A DNA stretch of 62,530 nucleotides, taken from assembly GCA_038130705.1 (NCBI GenBank), contig JAYPOA010000003.1:1-62530 (forward strand), in the 5' to 3' direction. The translations under genes were made by a program, and so were the position numbers. The DNA is from Methanobacteriota archaeon. Its GTDB lineage: Archaea > Thermoplasmatota > Poseidoniia > Poseidoniales > Poseidoniaceae. Positions 29,589 through 40,000 of the stretch are shown in pieces. The first letter of the stretch is position 1. Each line of letters begins with the position of its first letter. The notes beneath the pieces were generated by a model that saw nothing but the letters and a program-made list of their open reading frames with translations, made no database searches and had not been told where the DNA came from.

Positions 29589-29602
29589 ATTTCAATTGAA
29601 AT
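29589..29602. promoter_or_regulatory. 14-bp palindrome ATTTCAATTGAAAT in the AT-rich promoter region of the 1,427-aa beta-helix gene
   Basis: Read directly, about 55-65 nt upstream of start 29535. It lies inside the longest non-coding stretch of the window (29536..29728), which also has AATATCAT twice (29622, 29674). Confidence 0.25.
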
Positions 29603-29728
29603 ATATCAAATAGAGCATAAGAATATCATATATTTGTTAAATAAAAAATAACATTGTATCATTTTTGAACAATAATATCATTTATTTATTCACCGAAAAA
29701 CAAGACCCAGTAGTCCGTTTTAGCGAAA

Positions 29729-30955
29729 TTAACAGGTCACGCTATCCTGTATTTCATTCAGCCATTTCATCCCATTTATCACGCCGTAACCTGACTTTTG
29801 GTCGTGAAATATGACTCCATCTTCAGATAGTGTTGAATTCATCAATGCATATTTTACTTCATGAACACAGTCAATATTTTTGTTTTTGAGATGAGGTTCT
29901 GATTCAAGAATTAATGCTAATAGTCCGCTAACTAAAGCTGTGGAGTCGCTCGTTCCTGTTGAGGTGTAATATTGATTGTTATCTCCAGTAGAGATTAAGT
30001 CAACACCAGGTGCAATAATTTCCGGTTTCATATTGGGATGCTGTCTCTCCTGACCTTCAAAATCAGTGCTTTCACCAAGAGAAGATCCGCTCCAAACATT
30101 CCCATCTTTTTGCGAGGCACCCACAGTGATGACTTCAGGGACATTTGATGGAGTTGTAACCCTGCCATCATCCTCATCTCCCCCGTCATTACCAGCAGCA
30201 GCTACAACAAAGATTCCCTTGCTTAATGCAACCTTAACAGCATTTACTGTAGGTCCATTTCTTGGCGCATCAGGGTCATTTACGCCACCTAAGGATAGGG
30301 AAATGATATCTGCACCAAATGTTTCCCAGCACCACTCTATTGCGTTGGCAACAACCTGTTCACTGCCAGTGTTTTCACCTTCACCATCATCTCCTAAAGC
30401 AGCAGCCATTCCAAGGACAATATTAGGCGCCGCGCCTACCATGTAACCATCCGCTGCAACAATGCCTGCCATCATAGTACCGTGGGCTAAAGAGCCTCTG
30501 TCCACGGGTTCAGAAGAACCTGTTGTAAAATCTCTGAAAACTAGTTGCAAATTTTCAAAATCTGAATGAGCAGTATCGATCCCGGTATCGACCATGCAAA
30601 GTCTTACACCTTCGCCAGTAAGTCCAATTTCTTGTAAATCTCTTGCACCTGAATCTTCGTATGCCCACTCAGATGTTGGTGGTGGTATCTCGAGCCAGAA
30701 GAATTCGGATTTTAGAAGTGCCCAAAATAAAATTGTCAAAATGACAAAAATTCCGGCATTAGCAATTTTTTGTTTATTACGCCTTCTAACAGGTACTGTT
30801 TGAACAGGTAAAGGGGCCCATCCAACTACTTCTGACCTCCATCCATCTTGGTGTCCATTTGTAGAGGGATCTACAGCTGAAACTATTCTGAAGTCGGTGG
30901 GTTCTGGCATGAAATCAACATTATCGAGTTGATTATCATCGCCCCACATGAACAT
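29729..30955 (-). CDS. membrane-anchored subtilisin-like serine protease (S8)
   Basis: Catalytic triad contexts CMVDTGIDTAHSDF (Asp), SLAHGTMMAGIVAADG (His) and STGTSDSTALVSGLLAL (Ser). One N-terminal TM (AGIFVILTILFWALL) precedes the catalytic domain. Confidence 0.9.
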   Translation of the reverse strand: MFMWGDDNQLDNVDFMPEPTDFRIVSAVDPSTNGHQDGWRSEVVGWAPLPVQTVPVRRRNKQKIANAGIFVILTILFWALLKSEFFWLEIPPPTSEWAYEDSGARDLQEIGLTGEGVRLCMVDTGIDTAHSDFENLQLVFRDFTTGSSEPVDRGSLAHGTMMAGIVAADGYMVGAAPNIVLGMAAALGDDGEGENTGSEQVVANAIEWCWETFGADIISLSLGGVNDPDAPRNGPTVNAVKVALSKGIFVVAAAGNDGGDEDDGRVTTPSNVPEVITVGASQKDGNVWSGSSLGESTDFEGQERQHPNMKPEIIAPGVDLISTGDNNQYYTSTGTSDSTALVSGLLALILESEPHLKNKNIDCVHEVKYALMNSTLSEDGVIFHDQKSGYGVINGMKWLNEIQDSVTC

Positions 30956-30977
30956 TGATTATCCTTACATCTATTGA

Positions 30978-31015
30978 AGATATGTCTCGAACTACATAAT
31001 TGTCGAGACATATCT
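30978..31015 (-). promoter_or_regulatory. 13-bp perfect inverted repeat (AGATATGTCTCGA / TCGAGACATATCT, 12-nt loop) between the aglB-fusion stop and the subtilase start
   Basis: Read directly. It occupies half of the 76-nt intergenic spacer. On the transcribed (minus) strand it is preceded, not followed, by a T-rich run, so its role as terminator, processing site or operator is open. Confidence 0.4.
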
Positions 31016-31031
31016 CAATAAAAATTTACAA

Positions 31032-34000
31032 TCAGAACCTACTCGATGATCCCTTTCTTGCTACCTTGTATCCACCATATAATGCCAAGATTGTGAGCAT
31101 AAATATGACTACAGTGATCCACGGGGATTCTTCACCATCTGCAACGTTTGAGAATTTTCTCGAGAAGTCTACAGGTTCAACTGTGGAGTCAAGTGGTGTA
31201 TCTATGACATCCAATCTAACTCTCAGGTGTGCTGTTCCAGGAGGCAGATCTGAATATGGGAATTCAGCCCATTCTACATCTTGCGCTGCAATTCTGATTG
31301 TGGTTTGTTGGGTCGGATAGTCAGTACCTTCTTGAGATGCTTCAAGGTATACAATCACGTCTCCAGTTGACAAGAATCCAGTGTTTTCGATAGGCACTCT
31401 AAATATTCCATCCTGATTAGCAAACGCATCTGCATTTCTCGGCTCGATGCTCTCAATCAATATTGCCAAGTCAGCAACAGCAATCACAACCTCAGTCGAG
31501 GCAGTCTGGACTTCAAAGTCGCCTTCACTGGTGGCTTCGAATGCAACATCACAATCATCCAATGTGGAATTTGTCGGCGCATGAACAGTGAATGACTGAC
31601 TTCTGTCATTATTCGCTGCGATAGTTATGTTCGACAATTTGGGCGTGACATCCCATCCTGCGTCTACACATTCCTGAGGTATAGAGGATGTTATGGAAAC
31701 GGTGTCATCTCCATTTCCAAGGTTGTCAACTCTCAGAGTTACTATAACAGTTCCACCATCAGCAACACCGACAGATTCTGGTGCGTCTTCAAGAGTAATG
31801 TTGTATATTTGCGGTACTCTAACGACTACTGTTTCTTCGCTTAATCCACCATCTGCTGTAAATCTCATTTTTACAGTGTGTCCGTCATCATAGGTGATCG
31901 ACTGGTTCTGCAGTGGAAGAGTAATTCTAACATCAACTTGGGTCGTTAGTACCTGATTTTCATCAGAATTATTCTGGCCAATTCCCATTGTGACATTGAT
32001 GCTGTCAACCCAGTTTCCATCTGCATCCTTAAATTCAACTGCCCAGTACTCGGAGTCTTGAGTTAAGTCCAGTGATCCAGATGTACTGAACATATCTTCA
32101 ATTTCTGTTCCATCGTATGTAAGGTTTAGAGTCAACTCTATTACTTCATAATCATTAGAATCAGATTCTTTTGCATTTAACTCGGTTAAGTCATCAACGG
32201 AATAATCTGCCCCAGAATTGATTGAACCTATACTAACAATTAGGTCCGAGTCAACCTTCTTTGTAAATTGCATTTCCTTGTCAAGTGCTGTGTCCTGATC
32301 GATATCAACCACAATACCAGATGAATAAGGCATTGTTAGGTTAAGGTCGTGCTGTACTGTATCAAATTCACTTTCGAGGTCCACACAAGATTCGGCACCT
32401 TCACATGACGGAAGGACAATGTTAACTTCGCCATTGCTATCAAATGCTACATCCCATTCGATTTCTTCTCCAAGAGATATAGTAACGAATACGTCTTCAC
32501 CTACATCTCCTGCTGTCAGAACATTGTTCTGAATGTCAGTCCATGTGCTTGTTAATGCTAATCGGCCACCCTTTCTCATTTCGAGATCTAAGGAAGCACC
32601 TTCCTGAACTGATGCCTCTAATAATCCAACAGCGATTCCTCCACCGTTGTCATCGGTGTCTGTTCCTTCAACAAACACAATCCAGTTACCTGGCATGATA
32701 TTGTCAGACCATGATAAGGTGTCATCAGCATAAACCAGATTAGTAATTACAACCGGGTCTCTGACGATTCCAGATGCAGGATATAATGTCACTTTTGCGT
32801 TCTCTAACCTCATTGCGGTGGGTACGCTGTCAGTTACGTTACCTGACACAGAAACAAGACCTGCTGTTAACTCTAAGTCTCTGCTTTCGTGTGTATCATT
32901 CACAACATAAGCATAAGTTGTGTTGTTTTCGGTGACATATGTTGCTGAATCGAATCCTAATTTTTCGGCATGAATATCATAATCATCTCTGATTGGAACG
33001 AAGACAGACCAAACACCTTCAGCATCTGTCTGTAATGTCCAGTTCCATCCTTTAACAGCTGTGACATTAACTGTAACATTTTCGACTCCTTCTCCCAAGG
33101 ATGGCAAATCATCGTCATTCAAGTCCCAGAATATCTTTCCACCAATCAACACGTATTTGTTAATCTCAACAACACCAACATTCCAGCTACCGTTGTCTAG
33201 GTTATCGGAGAGGTAAACTCCTTCTTCCAATATCCACTGTTCGAGAGTCTCTGTTCTTTCAAGGTGTAATGTCCAATCACCTGGCATTAGAACTTCGGAG
33301 ATGTTTCCGAAGTTATCAGATGGTCCGAGGCTCACATTTCCTAAACCTTCGTTGCTCACTGCAGTAATTCTGGTCGCAGTTACATTAACACCAGTAAACA
33401 TCTCTTTGAGTTGCATTGTTACAGGCATTGCGGTTTGTGTTTGCCAAGAAATATCTCTAACAGCACCAGTGATGTTCAAAACTCCTCTGAAGATTTCTGT
33501 CTCATTGCTGTCCTCAGCAGTGAAGTCTGCTACCTCTACGTACCAGAATCCAGCTGCAACATATTTGGCAAAGGAACCGTTTTCGTCTGTGTTTAGTGGA
33601 TGGAAATCATCCCCTGCTTCATTTCTTAGCCAGACTGTTGAGTTCGCAAGTGGCATGCCATTCTCAGATGTCACGTTACCTGTTACAAGATATTCTGGAA
33701 TTATTGGAATTGATAGAGGCTCACCAGATGGCCCCAATCCTATGTTCAAATTCGGTATGAAATCAGACTGTAAGTAATAGTCAGTTGCATTTTCATCAGT
33801 TGGAAGAGTTGGTGACAACTCGATAGAATATTGACCCACTGACAATTCTACAGTTACTTCTCCAGTTGCCATGTCATAGTCATCTGGTATTACAGTAGCA
33901 TTGATACCGATATCGCTCATAGAAACGATGTCAAATGATGGCATTATTGCGCTTCCATTTTCCCATGTTCCGTCTGTAGTATCAAGGAATATTCTGAAAG

Positions 34001-37000
34001 TAACAGATACGTTGTCAGGTTTTGCAATCAAATCAACTGGTTCCATTTCATATCCTGAATTGTTTTTCAACACTGGCTCAACATTCATTAATTCATTTGA
34101 AACTGTGTAAGTCCAGTTACCCTTGTTTAGATTGAATGTAAATGTTCCAGAGCTGTCAAGTTGTGACCTCCATTCTAATCCATCATCGTTAGTTGCAATG
34201 ATTTCTATCTCTTGAGACCCTGGGATTTCATTACTCCAAACAGCACCTGATCCGTTTGTTATTGAATCTCTAATGTATACTGTACCCTCAACATTTCCTG
34301 TGTTGAGCAAGTAAATATTACCACTTTCAAGGTTTGATGCATTTTCTACAAGAATTCCTCCTGCGTAGGTAGACGAGCCAGAGAATCTGTCCGCTGTGAC
34401 GTGGAATACCATGTTTTCTGGTAATCTCATTGAGAAATTACCATCAAAATCTGATATTGTGTCGATAATTATTGTGCCTGAACGAGCTTCTATCTTCACG
34501 TTGCTTGCTGGCTCAATAGTGGCGTTAGATGGGTCATTCAGATAAATATCTGTTAGATTCGATAATGATTCACCGTTGTCAAGTAGAATCTCCCCCTCTG
34601 CTCTGACGCTGTACAAAGTAGCGTTAATCCAAACGCTAACTGAGTAAGTAAGGTCTAATTCGATGTCATCTGATTCTATATCAAATTCATTCCAAAGGAC
34701 ATATTCTTCATCTCCCTCATCAGAAACAATCCAACTTCCTGTGAATAATTCAACATTAACTACTCCATTTTCGTCAGAAACTGCAGTTTCTATAATCGGT
34801 AACAAGTCTGTGCTTTCTGTATTGGTGAAAGTCAGTGTTCTGTTAGATAGATCTAATCCTGAATTTCCAGCATCCAAATTAATCGTCAAATCCTGCTTTT
34901 GCGGTATGAACGCAGCGAGAGAAATATTCTCAGAATCTTGACCTACTGTAAAGTTCATTGACATCTCATACCAACCATCTCCATCAACGTCAACTCTCCA
35001 TTGGTACTCACCTGCAGCGATTGGACCGTAACTGAAGTTTCCTTCTTCATCAGTGATGATTTCTGCAATTGGCACATTTTCATCAATATCCAAATCAAGA
35101 AGTTCAATCGTCTGATTAGGTAGTGGTTCTGGCGCTCCGGTTTCAGATGACTGTGTCAATAGAGTATCAGCAAAGATAGAACCTGGTAGTACCATGTCGA
35201 GGTTATTAGTTGGAGTTAGTCCAACTTCAACTGGGTCTGGAAGTAATACTTCTTTTCCATTTGGCATGATAGCAATCATGTTGTAAGTACCTGGTAAAAT
35301 TCCGGTCTTGTAGAATGATCCTGGAGCAACCATATCACCAGAGAAAGTTCCCTCACCAATGAACAAACCAGTACCGTTTGCAGTTCCAACTCCCTCAAAC
35401 AGACCTGTTCCTTCGAAGGTTTCTCCGTCAAGATACTTGACAACAGTAACTGGGCCTTCGGCGGTCATTCTTCCAGTGGCATTTATTTCTCCCATGAAGT
35501 AATAAGTGTCAGCCTCATTTGTTAGACAAACAACATGAGTTGAGGTTACTGTTTCATTATCTACAGTCTCATTGAAACTTGGTAGCTCTGGATTTGCCGA
35601 TTCATTTGAGTATTCACAAGATGGAATCGTGTGCTCATACTCAACTGACGTTGCAACTATTGTTCCTGCGCCACTGAATGTTGCACTCGCTGTGTACGAC
35701 CTTCCATCATCAACAATTCTTGTGAAATTACCAGTGAAACCTCTGACAATAGCAGGGTTACCTTGCGTATCAAATGAACCATTATTAGTGAATAATACTT
35801 CACCGGTTCCTTGGATAATTCTAGAATTACCATCTTCAGTTGTAAATGAACCACTGGAGGTTGATAATGTGTAATTGGAAGTCATGCTCCAAATGTTCTT
35901 CAAGATAAAGTCAATACCATCTAATGCTTGACCTTCGAAAGATTCGTTACCAGTCCAGGTGACGGTTCCAGAAATTCCACTAGAATCAACAGCAATATCG
36001 AAGGTATCATCAAATGTTGCTAATCTGTCAGCTTGTTGTCCTGTGATATTGTAAGTTACTTCACCCATCCATGTCATGTTGGATACCTTTCCAAGAAGGG
36101 CAGTTAGTACGTTGGTTTCACGGTCTTCGTTCACATCAACAGTCAAATCTCCAAGACCACTTGAGTATTCGTTTGCTTGGAAACTGTCCTTAGCAAGTGC
36201 GTCATCAAACACACCTGCATATGCAGATGCTCTGATTTTTCCTGCTGGTGCTATGAAACACCAGTTTCCATTTTCATCAGTATCTGTATTACCGATTGGA
36301 ATCCAGTATGTATCGCTGTCAAGGTCGGTCTCATCCTCTCCCGAGAAAGCGTCTCTTTCAATTAGAATTCTGACATCAGAGAGAGGCTGTCCATTATCAG
36401 ACATTGTAACCTGTCCACAAATTTCTGCTCCTGCATAATACTTCATCACCTTAACAAGGGTATTTGATGAACCAAGACCATCGTTTGGATCTTCTGCATT
36501 ATACCAGTTTGCAATTACCATGTGGTTCATCATTGCACCAGGCATTGGCAATGCGTTGGTTAGTATTGAATTTGGAGTACCTGATTGTCCCCAGTGTTGT
36601 CCTGGTTGTTCAGTTGTTGCAAATCCAAGGTTCGGAGAACCGTACCCGATGTAGGTTCTTGCAAGCATAGTATCGAAGAATGCAGGCTTGTGGTCTACTC
36701 TGACGTCTACCAACTGTAGAGGGTCAAAGTCTTGACCAGCCTGCTGATTTAGGATATCCTTCTTCATTTCTTCATCGAATTCCTCTCTGGTCATTTCATC
36801 GTTGAATTGGCCTCTTGAAGTCATGTAAACCTCATCCATGAAGGTTGAGAAGTCCTGACCTGATAGAATTGAAACAGGTGCGAAAATTCCAGTTGGGTTG
36901 CCACCGCTATATTCGGAGTTGTAGCTTCCACCACGAGGGTATAACTTTGTATCAACTGCTAGATATCTGATTTCATGGTCTCTGGTAATCATATCACCAG

Positions 37001-40000
37001 GTGCTCCCTCATAATCCTGAACTGAATAGACCCTGTTGTTTGATAGGTCAGCGAACATTGTGTGTAGCGTATCTGAATCCAGAGATGAAGTTAACAACTG
37101 TGTAATCAAAGCAATTCTAGCGTTTGTGCGGTGGATACCTGTACTTACCGAATCGTATTCTTCAATCAGGTCTGAAGTGTACCAATAATCTCCAGCGATG
37201 TAATAGGTCGCTTCTGTCTTTGTGTCAGCAGGTGACCTGACATTGTTGTTGAATACTGATTCAGCATTTGCGAAATTTAGGTACGCATCACCACTACAGA
37301 TTTCTACTTGTCCTTCATCAGGTATACACGGAATTATTTCTCCATCCTCGTATACTTTGTACATCATTGGTCCGTCTGTATCGACAATTCCGTCGACGAT
37401 ATTGTAACCTTGAGCTAGCACAACATCTCCATTTGTGTGAGTTACTTCATATAGTCTCTCAATAACATCTTCAGAGTCTAAATTGGTTTGAATCTTTACG
37501 AATTCAGATACCTGCTCATCCGAGAGGTACTTACCAATTGTTTGTACGAACGAGTTAGTGTGAACGTTGTTATCGTCATTAGCCAAGTTGTAACTCAAAT
37601 CTGCTTGTGACAATCTCCAGATGAACATCGCAGCGAGGTCATCTTGGTTTCTTGACAATAGCATGTTACCTGCTGCAGAAATACCAGACTGGAAGTTATC
37701 TGCTACTGAAGGGTGGTCTCCAGTTTCAAGTGCTTGGAAACCATAATCCCACCATGATACGAATGCTGGCTTATCGGAATACTTCATCAAACACACGCTT
37801 CCTGAAGAGTCCCAGTCACCTGAGACATCATCACACGCTGATTTTGTTGTGACCCCGACGTGATGTACGTCTTGGTTGGCTAACCATTCGTATGCTAAAT
37901 TCCAACCTCTATCGTTAAATCCTGATCCAAATGAACCAAGATACCATCTTGAATTGTCATCGTATGATGAATCATCGAGTAATGAGAATCCGAAATCGTT
38001 CCATCTTAGGATATCTGGAGCTATGTTGTAAATTGTTTCATCCATGTTTGATTCATGAACAGTTGATGAAGGCATTGCTGCGTCTAATCCATAAGTAGCA
38101 TGCTGAGAGAATATCAACATCAAAACAAGACCAATTGCGCTGAATTGTGGAGTTCTCCAAACAGCTTTTCTTGCGTTAGAGATTCTCTCTCCTGGGGTTC
38201 TAATTCCCATTCTTCTCCACTTCTTCGCCATTTCACCGGCACCGCTTGCTCTCCATAGTCCTGTGATACCCCAAGCTCCCATGACAGCCATTGCAGGTGC
38301 TGCGTTGAAGAGGAATCTTCCAGCTGACCAAGCCATGTAGGATGCGACAAGAACCCACATACCCAAAATTAAGTGAGGCTGATTTTTCTTTACGATTCCA
38401 TCCCACAAAGCGATGAATCCCATTACAATCGCAATAACGAAGACGATTGGCCCGAATGATGCGAATAATTGACCTCTACTCGGAGCACTTGCTTCAGCAA
38501 TTGTTCCGAAAATCTTGTTCTTTGTGAAGTATCCTGAACCAGTGGTAAGTACTTCCCATGCGTTGGAGAGTTCCGCCAGTTGCAGTAAGTACAAAGCCAA
38601 ACCAAATACGAAACCACCTGTGAATAAAGAACCTAGGACCAATAGCCATGGTTTATCTCTAAATCCAGTTGTAATCCAAGCGATTGCTAATGTGAACACA
38701 GCAATGAATACAAGCGGTTGTAGACCGGTTGAATTCCAAACTAAATCCAACTGTGGGTGTGCATAGAACGGAATTACCATGACAAATATTGTACCTAATA
38801 ACAGCAAATTGATTGTTGAAATTGTGGTGCTGTCTTTCTTTCTCAACAAGTTCATTGCAACCTGAACTACGTATGCAAGGAAGATAATTGCAGGACCGTA
38901 TACGAATCCCTTCCAACCCAATGCTACGATACCAAAACATACACCAGCCGCTATGGCATTCATTGATGCAGTTCTCTTTTCTTTCATAACAACCCCGATG
39001 GCGTTGTATATTCCAGACGGCCAAGCGTTAGTCGTACGAGATAGTCTTTCATCTCCGCCGTGCTTAATTGCACGTAGATAGAACATGAATGCCGCAGTCA
39101 GGAACAGCAACACAAACGAGTCGTGGTCAGCCATAGCCCAAGTTGATTTTTGAACGTGGGTCGGCATGAATGCGATTAACCAAGCAGCAAGAACTCCAGC
39201 GCCTTTGCCGAAGTGGTCCTTTGCTATTCCAGCCATAGGGAACACAATTAGTGCACCAAAAATTGCTGGTAGAGCCAGCATTGAATACCAAACAGCCTCG
39301 TCAGATGACAAACCAAGGTTAGTCAAGAGCATTGCACCCATTGCCATCGACCATGAGAATAGAGGTGGTCTTGGGTTGATGCCTCCAACAGGATAATTTC
39401 TGTCAGCATCCCAAATTAGATGTGCATTTTCTACGATGATATAGTCTACTACTCTCTTCATGTACCACGGGTCAGAACCTCCAGTTAAGTCCCATGATTC
39501 TAAGCCGGAGGAATTCATAGATGGTACGAAATACCACTGAATTCTAATCGCTAAACCTGTGAGGAATGCCAGGAAGACCATGATTCCTGCCCAATGGTTG
39601 GACCAGAACACCTTGGCCTGACTTGGCTCGTGTGATTCACGGTTTTTCCATCCTCCGTATTGCTCGTGCGTGGCAAACCAATAGATTACGACACCTATGA
39701 AGAAGGTTATACCAAACCAAATCCATACAGCCCATGTTCCTTCAAGTCTGTCGCTTTCCCAATGAGCTGACTCATACAATGACGAAACGATGTATAACAA
39801 CCACATTGAACCGATAAACAAGGTTCTTGTGTACCACTTCTCAGCGGCCATCCAGGCACAGACTAATGCAACAACACCGGTAAGGGCTGCAGGCCAGAAC
39901 CCAATATATCCGTGATAATTGTCTAAACCAGAGATTCCAAGAATGTTAAGATCACTCAGTGTACCGAAATAATACAGAGTCAGAATGTGGGTTAAGGCCC

